In this document: positions 38,490 through 49,105 of the stretch, one piece after another
Position numbering within the stretch: the stretch's first letter is position 1
Layout: every line of letters starts with the position of its first letter
NCBI GenBank assembly: GCA_043228905.1
Contig: JBHGNT010000013.1
Span: forward strand, 20,460,001-20,524,000
Length of the DNA stretch: 64,000 nt
Direction: 5' to 3'
Source: Azolla caroliniana
Lineage: Eukaryota; Plantae; Polypodiophyta
Position numbers and translations under genes: made by a program
Notes under the pieces: generated by a model
What the model was told of the DNA's origin: nothing
Databases searched by the model: none
What the model saw: the letters and a program-made list of their open reading frames with translations, nothing else

Positions 38490-41000
38490 ATGGGACGAGT
38501 TCTGCTACAAGAAGGTATGTTAACTAATCTTCCTCCCCTCTCCCATGTTTCTGATTATTTTGGGTACTTCCATATTCAGCAAATTTCTCCACAGAAGAAT
38601 CCTGCATCCTCTTACGACTTCATCTACACAAAAACAAGGGAACAATCCTTAGGGATCCATGGATGCTTATACAAGTCCCCATACAGTCTCGTCAAACACA
38701 AGACCCAAAAGATTCACACTACAAGTAATCTTGATGATGATGATATCGTGTTTCATGATCGAAATAGGGTTTTGAATGCGATAAAGTTGTGTGGGAATGA
38801 AAAGGACATAGGGAAGGTCCGTCGAGTACATGCTCATGTCCTCGAGACAAGCTCAATCCCAGAGGATGTTTATGTTTCCACTGCCCTCATTACAACATAT
38901 GCCAAATGTGGTGCAATGGAAGAAGCACAACTGGTGTTTGAGATGCTTCGAACTCGGAATGTTGTGTCTTGGAATGCTTTAATTTCTGGATATTCCAAAA
39001 ATGGCCACTGCAATAAAGCGTTGAAATGCTTTAGAAGAATGAGAGGAGTTGGAGTCTATCCAAGTGCAGTGACTTATATTTGCATTTTGAAAGCTTGCGG
39101 AATCGTTGGGTGTCAAGAGATCGGGGAAGATATTGATGCTGAAGTCACTATGAGAGGGTTATTGGAGAAAGAGGTCATGCTCGGCAATGCACTAGTAGAC
39201 ATGTATTGCAAGTGTGGTGCAATAGAGAAAGCAAGGGGCGTGTTTGAACGGCTTCCAGGGCGGAATGTTGTGACTTGGAGTGCCCTGATCGCAGGATATG
39301 TCCAAAATGGACTTGGTAATGAAGCATTAAAATGTTTTGGACAAATGAAAGATGCTGGAGTCTATCCAAATATAGTAACTTATATTTGTGTTCTGAAAGC
39401 TTGTAGCATCACTTTGTCGCTAGAGATTGGTGAAGAAATACATGCTGAGGCTAGAAACACCGATTTATTGCAGAGGAATATTGTGTTTGACACTGCTCTC
39501 ATAGATATGTATGCTAAGTGTGGTGCTCTAGAGAAAGCAAGAGAAGTATTTGAGAAGCTTCCGGTGCAAGATGTTGTGTCATGGAATGCCTTAATTGCTG
39601 GATATGCCCAAAATGGGCTCGGTAATGAAGCATTGAAATGCTTCCAACAAATGAAAGACGAGGGAGTTTGTCCAAATGCAATAACTTATATCTGTATTTT
39701 AAAAGCCTGCAGCATTGTGGGGTGTCTAGAGATTGGTGAAGCTATGGATGTGGAAGTCAGAAAGCAAGGGTTCTTGGAAAAAGATGTGATGCTCGGCAAC
39801 ACATTAGTGGACATGTATGCCAAGTGTGGCTCCTTAGAGAAAGCACGAGAAGTGTTTGAGCAGCTTCCAGAGCGTAATATTGTGTCTTGGAGTGCTCTGA
39901 TTGCCGGATATGCCCAAAATGAACGTGGTGACGAAGCGTTGAAATGCTTCCGGCAAATGAAATATGCGGGTGTCTCTCCAAATGTTGTAACGTATATCTG
40001 CCTATTGAAAGCTTGTGGGATTGTAGGATCTCTAGAGATTGGTGAAGATATAAATATGGAGGTCAGGAAAAAAGGCTTATTGATGAAAGATATTATCCTT
40101 GGCAATGCATTGGTGGACATGTATTCTAGATGTGGTGCCCTGGAGAAAGCACAAGAAGTGCTTAAGCAACTTCCCAAGCGAGATGTTGTATCTTGGAATG
40201 CAATGATTGCTGGATATGTGCAAAAGGGACTTGGTGATGAAGCATTGAATTGCTTTAGGCAAATGAAAAATGAGGCTGTTTGTCCGAATGTGGTAACTTA
40301 TATTTGCATTCTGAAAGCTTGTGGCATGACAGGGTCTCTAGAGATTGCAGAAAATGTAGAAGTAGAGATCAGGAAACAAGGCTTATTGCACAAAGATATC
40401 GCGCTTGGAAATGCATTGGTAGACATGTATTCCAAGTGTGGTGCCCTAGGGAAAACACAAGAAATATTTGAGGAACTTCCAAAGCGGGATGTTGTATCGT
40501 GGAATGCCCTGGTCTCTGGATATGGCCAGCTAGGACAAGCAAATGTGGTCTTGGAGCTATATACCAAAATGAGGGATCAGGATGTTATGCCGAATACAGT
40601 TACATTCCTTCTTGTGCTGAATGCATGTAGTCATGCAGGACTTGTGAAGGAAGGAGAAATGTTGTTCAACGAAATGTGTAGTCTGTATTGTTTAACTCCA
40701 AACCTAGAACACTACACATGTATGATTGACCTATTTGGTCGTGCAGGATTCTTTGGCAAGGTCAAAATGCTGCTTGAAAAGGTTCCTTATTCTGACCATC
40801 TCCCATTGTTACAGAGTATATTGGGTGCTTGCAGGAAATGGACAAACGTAAATCTTGGTAGATGGGCATTTGAGCAATCATTACAGTTGGATGAGAGGTG
40901 TGCTGCTGTATATGTCTGCATGGCAAATATTTATGCAGCAGCTGGAATGCAAAGAGAGGCAGATAAAATCAAGGCTTTGAGAGTGAAGAATAAAGCATGA
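38490..41000 (+). CDS. PLS-class PPR protein (5 P1-L1-S1 triplets, P2-L2-S2, E), DYW lost
   Basis: 836-aa intronless ORF of repeating VVSWNALIxGY / VTYICILKAC / GNALVDMYxKCG motifs, EHYTCMIDLFGRAG and an E domain. Stops at RVKNKA*. Confidence 0.93.
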   Translation: MGRVLLQEGMLTNLPPLSHVSDYFGYFHIQQISPQKNPASSYDFIYTKTREQSLGIHGCLYKSPYSLVKHKTQKIHTTSNLDDDDIVFHDRNRVLNAIKLCGNEKDIGKVRRVHAHVLETSSIPEDVYVSTALITTYAKCGAMEEAQLVFEMLRTRNVVSWNALISGYSKNGHCNKALKCFRRMRGVGVYPSAVTYICILKACGIVGCQEIGEDIDAEVTMRGLLEKEVMLGNALVDMYCKCGAIEKARGVFERLPGRNVVTWSALIAGYVQNGLGNEALKCFGQMKDAGVYPNIVTYICVLKACSITLSLEIGEEIHAEARNTDLLQRNIVFDTALIDMYAKCGALEKAREVFEKLPVQDVVSWNALIAGYAQNGLGNEALKCFQQMKDEGVCPNAITYICILKACSIVGCLEIGEAMDVEVRKQGFLEKDVMLGNTLVDMYAKCGSLEKAREVFEQLPERNIVSWSALIAGYAQNERGDEALKCFRQMKYAGVSPNVVTYICLLKACGIVGSLEIGEDINMEVRKKGLLMKDIILGNALVDMYSRCGALEKAQEVLKQLPKRDVVSWNAMIAGYVQKGLGDEALNCFRQMKNEAVCPNVVTYICILKACGMTGSLEIAENVEVEIRKQGLLHKDIALGNALVDMYSKCGALGKTQEIFEELPKRDVVSWNALVSGYGQLGQANVVLELYTKMRDQDVMPNTVTFLLVLNACSHAGLVKEGEMLFNEMCSLYCLTPNLEHYTCMIDLFGRAGFFGKVKMLLEKVPYSDHLPLLQSILGACRKWTNVNLGRWAFEQSLQLDERCAAVYVCMANIYAAAGMQREADKIKALRVKNKA

Positions 41001-41300
41001 TGATTCTTGGTCATCCTCAGGGGCCAGGGCCAAGCAGACTGATATGAATATGGTTCCTATGTTGTGACTTATGAGAGCCATCCTTATGTACAGTTGGTCC
41101 ATATTCTGCTAACCAAGAAGAGGTCCATGGTAAACTAGTGAAGGGTATTCTCCATGACTAGTTGTCTGCTTGGTTGCAAATATATCAGTTAGAATTGCCA
41201 TTTTGATAAGAGAAAACAAAAATGAAGGGTAATGATGAGGTACTAAAATGCTTCAGACAAATGGAAAATGAAAATTACAATCCGAACTTGTAGCATGAGG
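41001..41300 (+). pseudogene. Decayed E+/DYW N-terminal remnant plus a PPR motif fragment behind the first PPR gene
   Basis: After TGA, frameshifted TDMN, SHP and SANQEEVHGKLVKG match WTDANG, HP and YAKMEEIHQKLAQEGY of the 49106 paralogue. GNDEVLKCFRQMENE lies near 41228-41272. Confidence 0.7.
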
Positions 41301-41499
41301 AGACATGTGTGCTAGATTTGGGCTTCAGGATTAAGTTCCTGTAAGTGAAAATTAGTATGGAAGATATCATCAGCCCATTTTGAGAAGTGTGTTTGGATCA
41401 GGGTTTGACAAAGAGGGAAATTTTAGCTCCTCAGAGATTAATTTCTTTTGAAATGCACATACCTGCCATCTTGGTTGAAGATATTTAAGCAAAATTGCT

Positions 41500-43600
41500 G
41501 CTGAAATTTCTGTTGTCTCTTGCAAATTTGGGCAAATAGGAGCTGTTAACCATTTTGCCCCACTAGACACAAATACAACTTGGTGGCTTGAAATTAACAT
41601 CAAACTTAGCATTCTAAACTAAACTAAGATCCTTTTAATATGTACATTAGTTTTTGTAGCCTAATGGTTAACGCAAGGGACTATTAACTCAACCATTCCC
41701 CCCATTGATCAGTCAAATGTTCAACAGGAACTACAATTTATGAACAGCTTTTCCTGAAAGGGTATGCCAGCTTTAAAAGAGACCACAGATTTAACAGTTG
41801 CAAATGTTGTCTTTAGTTCTGGTAGGTTGCAACATCCATCAATGTCCTTGCAATACTGCACATTGAATAGTTACATGGATGCAGTTCAAGGACATGGAAT
41901 ATGAATGGCGAAAATTGGCGAAAATTGGCTTTCCTTGCTATGGTGAAAGGGATCTCAAAAAGAGAATGGAATTGGGGATGGCCAAAGGAAATACTTAACT
42001 GAAAAATAGCTGTCCCCTTTGAGAAATGCTCTGAAAGTGTAGATCAGTTCAATTTATAATATCTAAACCAAAACACATTCAGCAATATTATAATGAAGAT
42101 AAAAACCTGTGGGAACTGAGTGACATCATGTTTTATTTCAAGATTTTGATTGGACATTTCGTGGAGGTGATAATCAGACTGCATGGTGAGTGATGATGTG
42201 TGGAAGGCATGTCCAAACAACCATGAGATCAAGCAAGTAAAGTCCATCACATAAAAACCAAGCATGTTACTATAAGGAAAGACTTCCTTATTAGCCTTGA
42301 AAATAATTGGTCCTATATTGAACCCAAGATTATGTTATATATACGGTAACTTGACTTTTTAAATTTGATTCGGTCACATCCAATAGTACGGGATAAGAGT
42401 GCATCCAAAATTCTTATTAGGAATTACATCACGAACCTCATATGGGATACAAGAGTGTTTTTGCATTTTGTAACCTAGTATCCACATATTTGAGCATTCA
42501 ACATGCGATAATTGTTATGATCTACATCCACATATATAATTTTATAATAAATTAATTATTAGGGATCTCTCTTATCATATCCAAAAAGCTTTGCTGTCTT
42601 TGAAGATAAATTAATTCACTCCATTAACCTTTGCAAAAAATCAAGTGCCCTGTCAGAGAAAATTTGCAGTATTAGATGCTGTCCATATGGCCTTCACATG
42701 CATGTTTTGTGATTATTGCATATATTTAATTCTTCTTGCCATTTATTGCATGGCTTACATGGCCACTTATTGCATCTATCACACAAGATAACTTACATTT
42801 GAAATATATCGACTGGATAGAAGTGGTTACCAAAGGAATTCCATGGTGCTTGAATGCATTCATTGGAGTGTGAACATTTAACACAATGCCATGAAAGGCA
42901 TTAAGAGGCTCTTGAGTACTAACATTCATGTGGCGCCTTTGTATAAAAAAGCACACCTTGAGGATTAGATTTTCTTATCTAAGCTTGGCTGGCCCATTCT
43001 GAAATGTACGCCCAAAAAACATATACATTTGGTCACTTTATCTTGTTTGGACACAGGTAATAATGTACAGATGCAATATGCAAAACCATTGGTTTGGTGG
43101 AAACATAGACTAAGAAGAACACGGAAAAGTTCCTTGCCTCTAAAGGGATGAGTGTTCCTCCAGAGATGCCTTGGAATTTTACAGATACTAGTATTGCTAC
43201 CACCCTGTAAGATCTGTGACAGTTGCAGGAGATGTGAACATGTTGATGAAATTCTACATTTGATATTGAATGTCTGTCTAGTTATTTTAGGTTGAACATT
43301 TAGACCGCTTAAGCACAATCCATTTTTGGAGCTACTTGATTCAACTCTACAACCATGGGTAGAAATGTTTCTAAAATATGTACCTCGGGTTCTTCCACCA
43401 GTAGAAAATTTCCTTGCATGGTCAATTTATTGACATTACACATATCTTCCATCCAACAGCATTCCGATAGACCTTACCCTAACCCATATTTGACATTCAA
43501 GTCTTCAATCATGCAATGTTTACATGCTTGTTATTGTTTCCGAAGATATCAAGGGCATGCCTTCTTTGTGTGGTTTTCGTCTTAAGACAAATATAGTAAT
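41500..43600 (-). pseudogene. Heavily decayed PPR-like sequence between the convergent PPR genes (tentative)
   Basis: Scattered minus-strand fragments such as LLDGRYV*CQ*IDHARKF, LVTTSIQSIYFKC...AISGHV and VKAIWTA...RALDFLQ. No long ORF. Confidence 0.4.
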
Positions 43601-43756
43601 TTTCTGACCATTTCCTCATAGGGTTGCCACCTCACACTGAGGCTCCCCATGGGCCACCAATCTATTATGTAATGCATTTAATACTTGTATACATGGATAC
43701 ACTATTTTACACTCCATAACAATTAGAGGCAAATTTCCTAACCGCCACCAACAATG

Positions 43757-46366
43757 TCAATGTATCTTCCATATATCTGGTCTATCTGCTTCTGCTTGCA
43801 TTCCAGCTGCTGCATATATATTTCCCATGTTAACATATGCTGCCCCACAGTTTTTATCTACCTCTATTGTTTGCTTGAATGCCCATCTCCCAAGCTTCAC
43901 ATTCCTCCACTTTCTACATGATGCCAATATACTCCGGAGTAGAGGAATATAACCAGAATCAGGAACCTTGTCAAGCAAAGGTTTCATCTTGTCAAAGCAT
44001 CCCGCACGGCCAAATAGATCAATCATACAAGTATAGTGTTCTGGTGTTGGAGTAACACAATAAATATCGCACATTTCATTGAACAACCTTTCCCCCTCCT
44101 TCACTAGACCAGCATGACTACATGCATTCAGCAAAACAATGAAAGTAACTGAATTGGGCACAACACCTCTGGAACACATTCGGTTATAGTATTCTAAAAC
44201 CACGTTTGCTTGACCTAAGTGGCCATATCCAGCGATCAGAGCATTGCAAGATACAATGTCACACACTGGAAGCTGCTCAAACACTTCTCCTGCCTTTTCT
44301 AGCATACCACACTTAGAGTACATGCCCACCAATGCATTCATCAGTGCAATGTCTTTCTCCAACAACCCTTGCTTTCTGATCTCAGCATCTATATCTTCCC
44401 CAATCTCTAAAGATCCCACGATGCCACAAGCCTTCAAAACGGAGGTATATGTTTCCGTATTTGGGCAGACCCCTGCATCTCTCATTTGTAAGAAACATTT
44501 CAATGCCTTGTCACAGAGCCCATTGTGGGTAAATCCAGCAATCAAGGCATTCCAAGACACAATCGTCTGCACTGGAAGTTGGTCAAATACATCTAGTGCA
44601 TTTGTTAGCAAGCCACACTTGCAATACATGTCCACTAACGCATTTCCAAGAATGACATCTTTCTCCAACAATCCTTGTTTTCTGACCTTCATGTGTATAT
44701 CTTCAGCAATCTGTATGGACCTCATAATGCCACAGGCTTTCATAATGTAGACATAAGTTACCTTATCCGGCTCAACTCTTGTATCTTTCATTTGCTCCAC
44801 ACATTTCAACGCTTCATTGCCCAATCCGTTTTGTATATATCCAGCAATCAAGGAGTTCCAAGACATCAGATCCCTTGTTGGAAGCTGATTAAAAACTTCT
44901 TGTGCTTTCTCCATCACCCCACACTTGCAATACATGTCCACTAGTGCAGTACCAAGCATGATATCTTTCTCCAGCAACCCTTTCTTTCTCACATTTGAAT
45001 CAATATCTTCCCCGATCTCTAAACATCCCTTGAGGCCACAAGCTTTTAAAATACTTACATAAGTTACTACATCCGGATAGACTCCAGAATCATTCATTTC
45101 TCTGAAGCATTTCAATGCTTCATCACCAAGTCCATTTTGGACATATCCACCAATCAGGGCACTCCAAGACACAACGTTCTGATCCGGAAGCAGCTCAAAT
45201 ACTTCTTGTGCTCTCTTTAGTGCACCACACTTGGAATACATGTCCACTAATGCATTGCCTAGCATCAAATCTTTCTCTGATAACCAAAATTTCCTAATCC
45301 TGGCATCGATACATTCTCCAATCTCTAGAGACCCCCCAATGGCACAAGCTTTCAGAATGCATATATAAGTTACAGCATCTGGACAGACTCCCTCATCTTC
45401 AATCTGTCGGAAGCATTTCAGTGCTTCATGAGCAAGCCCACTTTGGGCATATCCAGAGATCAAGGCATTCCAAGACACAATATCCCGCAAACGAAGCTGA
45501 TCAAATACTTTTTGTGCTCTTGTCAATGCACCACACTTGGAATACATGTCCACCAATGCAGTGTTAAGCAAGATGTCTTTCCCTAGTAATCCTTTTTCTC
45601 TGACCTCGGAAACTATATCTTCCCCAATATCTAGAGACCCGACAATGCCACAAGCTTTCAAAATGCATGTGTAAGTTACCACATTCGGGTAGATTCCTGC
45701 ATCTTTCATTCGTCGAAAACATGTCAACCCTTCATCAGTGAGTCCTTTTCGGATATATCCCGTAATCAGCGCACTCCAAGTCACAACATTCTGCTCAGGA
45801 AGTTGTTCAAAGACATATTGTGCTTTATCCATCGCACCACACTTGCAATACATGTCCACCAATGCATTGCCAAGTATCACGTCTTTCTCCAATAACCTTC
45901 TATTTCTGACCTCGGCATCGATATATTCCCCGAATCCTAGAGACCCGACAATGCCACAAGCTTTCAAAACGCATGTATAAGTTACAACATCTGGATATAC
46001 GCCCTCATCTTTCATCTGTCTGAAACATCGCAAAGCTTCATGACCGAAACCGTTTTGGGCATACCCAGAGATGAGGGCATTCCAAGTCACAGCATTTCGG
46101 ATTGGGATTTGTTCAAATACTTCTTGTGCTTCTTCCATCACACCGCATTTGGCATACGTTGTCACTAGGGCATTGCCAATATAAACATTCTTTGTAAGAA
46201 TATGTTTCTCCACGAGATAGGAATGTATAGTCCGAGATTTCAATAGGTTCTTTTCTTTCTGGCATGACTTTATGAGATTCAAAAGGCTAGTATGTTCATG
46301 GAGCTGAACTTCTGGCAGATCACCACGGGCAAGACTACCAACGGGATGAAGAGAAGCATCTTTCAT
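43757..46366 (-). CDS. PLS-class PPR protein (6 P1-L1-S1 triplets, P2-L2-S2, E), DYW lost, N-terminus possibly disrupted
   Basis: 869-aa intronless ORF paralogous to the 38490 gene. Ends IWKIH*, followed in frame by HCWW. Confidence 0.9.
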   Translation of the reverse strand: MKDASLHPVGSLARGDLPEVQLHEHTSLLNLIKSCQKEKNLLKSRTIHSYLVEKHILTKNVYIGNALVTTYAKCGVMEEAQEVFEQIPIRNAVTWNALISGYAQNGFGHEALRCFRQMKDEGVYPDVVTYTCVLKACGIVGSLGFGEYIDAEVRNRRLLEKDVILGNALVDMYCKCGAMDKAQYVFEQLPEQNVVTWSALITGYIRKGLTDEGLTCFRRMKDAGIYPNVVTYTCILKACGIVGSLDIGEDIVSEVREKGLLGKDILLNTALVDMYSKCGALTRAQKVFDQLRLRDIVSWNALISGYAQSGLAHEALKCFRQIEDEGVCPDAVTYICILKACAIGGSLEIGECIDARIRKFWLSEKDLMLGNALVDMYSKCGALKRAQEVFELLPDQNVVSWSALIGGYVQNGLGDEALKCFREMNDSGVYPDVVTYVSILKACGLKGCLEIGEDIDSNVRKKGLLEKDIMLGTALVDMYCKCGVMEKAQEVFNQLPTRDLMSWNSLIAGYIQNGLGNEALKCVEQMKDTRVEPDKVTYVYIMKACGIMRSIQIAEDIHMKVRKQGLLEKDVILGNALVDMYCKCGLLTNALDVFDQLPVQTIVSWNALIAGFTHNGLCDKALKCFLQMRDAGVCPNTETYTSVLKACGIVGSLEIGEDIDAEIRKQGLLEKDIALMNALVGMYSKCGMLEKAGEVFEQLPVCDIVSCNALIAGYGHLGQANVVLEYYNRMCSRGVVPNSVTFIVLLNACSHAGLVKEGERLFNEMCDIYCVTPTPEHYTCMIDLFGRAGCFDKMKPLLDKVPDSGYIPLLRSILASCRKWRNVKLGRWAFKQTIEVDKNCGAAYVNMGNIYAAAGMQAEADRPDIWKIH

Positions 46367-47049
46367 CGTTTCTCTATTATGGAAAGGGTGTGCAGTAAGT
46401 AAAAGAATCCATGGATCTTCATAAGGTTTGCTTCCCCTGTTTCGCTCGAAGCTTGCTCTGTGATGGATGTGAAGGCAGAATTTGAATCAGGATACAGAAT
46501 CGCCCAAACATTGTAAAGATAAAGTATAATGGAATTGCCATGGTATTGGTGGGCCTATTTCCGAGGATTTCCTACAAAAGACAGATAAATGAGGTTTCCG
46601 AATCATGTGTTCAATAGGTCATCTAGAGTTCCTAAGAATTTTGTGGAAGGACCGGCGCCGACGACCGGGGAATCTACTCCCCTACAAGCCACACGGAGAA
46701 TATACGCCCCATATGAAATCGACTAACGATTCTCATAGGAATAACGAATTTATAGAGGTCGCTAATAATGAAATCGGAGAAGATACAGCGGTAAGTGAGG
46801 ATTGGCTTCTCTCCTTTCCTTAGCCTCCGTCAAAGAGGCCATGGACGTATCCCATTGACTCGTGAACTTGTGGATGAACTTGGATCTGGGTGATGGGAAA
46901 TATCTCTTTTGTAGAAGAGTAAGAAGCATGGATGCACATGTTAGCAAGAATATTTCATTGGGAGGCCAAACTTCGTATGACTAGGAAGGACATTGACATG
47001 GAAAGACTCTTAGCCTTTTAATGATTTTGACCAAAAAAAAAGAAAATAC

Positions 47050-47952
47050 TAATGATGACCAAAGTGAGCCTCCTCTATGAATAAATGACCTAGAAGGTGC
47101 TCACAAGAATTCACCTTGACATTGTATGTGAACATGGGAGGTTGTGAGAATCTAGGAGTATATATCATGTATAGCTTTAGAAAAACATGTCTTGCAAAGG
47201 CAGGGACACACAACCTTCCCCTATCGATTATCACAAATCATAAATTGGTGCATTTGTATGATTTTATGTTCAGGGTGGGTAGTCGGTGCCTTCTTTGGAA
47301 ACAGGTTTTGATTGTAGGTAAAATTAATTGCAAATTAAAAAGTAATTAATGATGAGAAGGTCAAAGATGTATCTCTATCCGATATCAATGACCATGAGTC
47401 GAATCTCATTGATAGGCATGAAAGCCACCTACATTCCATATGATAAGAGCATTATATATGTCTTCTATGGAAATGAGTGGTGCATCAAATACACAAGGTC
47501 TACCAACTTTGGTCCAAAGTTTATGTTCAAACCATCGATTTTGAGATTCTAGTCAATTGAATGATCATCCACAACCTAATGCGCTTACTATGGAAGTGCC
47601 CAATGTACAAGGATAAATTTGAGAATAACATTATATTTGAAATTTAAGAATTGTGGGGCCAATCCTAAAGTTGAGAGCTAAAGAGAAAGATAAATGGATC
47701 GACAATGTGTGTTGAAGGAAAAACACTCCAATAAAGTATGATACTCTGAAGAACTTGTTTAGGGAACAATATGCAAAGTCAAACGAGTCTACTTTACAGC
47801 AAAGAGAATGTGAGCTAAATTGTATGGAAGCAACGTTGTAGATGGTGGACAAAGCATTGGGCCAAAGATTCAACCCCACCACTCATATATATATATATAA
47901 TATATATATGTATATATATATATGTATGTATGTATGTATATATGTATGTATG

Positions 47953-47986
<34 letters not shown>

Positions 47987-48330
47987 TGTATGTATATGTA
48001 TATATGAGTGGTAGTTGTGATTCCCTTTTGAGAGTTGATTGCAATTTCCTCTTTGAGTGTTCAATACAATGTTTGGTCAATGCAATTTGTGTATAAAGTA
48101 TTTGGATATCTTTGTGATATCACACAACAAGACGAGAGTAGATGACTCTGGACTATAAACTTTCACAAAAAGTCACAATGGGCATTCATCCCCTCAACAA
48201 TGTCACAAATTATGTGCAAAATTGTGGTTGTTTTCAATTCAACAATTTCACTTGTGATAAACCATGCTTTCAAAATACAAATGACACCATAGTTTGGCAG
48301 GAATATGCACATATCACAATTGTTATTGAA
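47050..48330 (-). mobile_element. Decayed Ty3/gypsy pol remnant (RT, RNase H, integrase zinc region)
   Basis: Minus-strand fragments in gypsy order: GMNAHCDF (resembles GLTNAPATF), IEHSKRKLQSTL, NKFFRV..IGVFFLQ and GRLCVP. Interrupted by a microsatellite. Confidence 0.5.
47886..48006. repeat. Compound (TA)n/(TATG)n microsatellite
   Basis: About 120 bp of TA and TATG units. Confidence 0.95.
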
Positions 48331-48401
48331 GTTAAACTTTTAATTTGAATGTTATGAATATTTTGTTTATTCACTAAAGTGATAAACAATCACTAATTCT
48401 T

Positions 48402-48820
48402 GCTATAGGGCAAGTAAGAAGTCTTATTGAATGGACTAGTTTAATTTTGGTATATGCTCAAAATGAAGAAACCATACAGAAAACACTTAACACTATGATG
48501 GTTTCAAATATCGTCTCATGGAATGGACTAGTTTAATTTCGGGATATGCACGAAATGGAGAAACTGTACAGAAAACATTTAGCACTATGATGGTTTCAAA
48601 TATCATCTCATGGAATGGACTAGTTTAATTTCGGGATAGGCTTGAAATGGAGAAACTGTACAGAAAACATATAACACTATGATGTTTTCAAAGATCGTCT
48701 CATGGATATGTTGAGGAAGTGTTGTATTAGTTTTGAACAAATGCAATACAACATATGTATTGTATACTGTTTACTTTAATTTTAATACCAATGGAGGATA
48801 TTTTTTATGGAAAAAATAAA
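48402..48820 (+). pseudogene. Retroposed PPR-derived insert (3 x 92-bp units, A-tail, 18-bp TSD)
   Basis: TSD AAACAATCACTAATTCTT at 48384-48401 and 48821-48838. Tail GGAAAAAATAAA at 48809-48820. Units start at 48429, 48521 and 48613 and translate like WTSLISGYARNGETVQKTFSTMMVSNIISW. Confidence 0.8.
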
Positions 48821-49105
48821 AAACAATCACTAATTCTTAATACTTGATCCAAGTATGATCCAAGACACCCATATCCATATTTGTCATAGTGAAAGGTACA
48901 CAAATATGAGAGGAACTTAAATTTGATAAACATCTTAGGCAATAGATTTATATAGAGGCAGAGAAATTACGATAGCTGATGAAGGGCATTTGGGGAGATA
49001 ACCAAAACTTGGGGGCAATTTTGGTGATAAAGAAAGAAAATCAGAGGGGGACGGGCGGGGGTATTTGGCTGGCGTTTACCCTCCACCTATCAGTTGCTTC
49101 CTGCC

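Noticed and set aside
47842-48096. ORFs with YIHT/YVCM repeats
   Set aside because: They are translations of the (TA)/(TATG) microsatellite.
48429-48706. 92-bp repeats as a CRISPR-like array
   Set aside because: Units are contiguous with no unique spacers, there are no cas genes, the context is eukaryotic, and they translate as PPR motifs.
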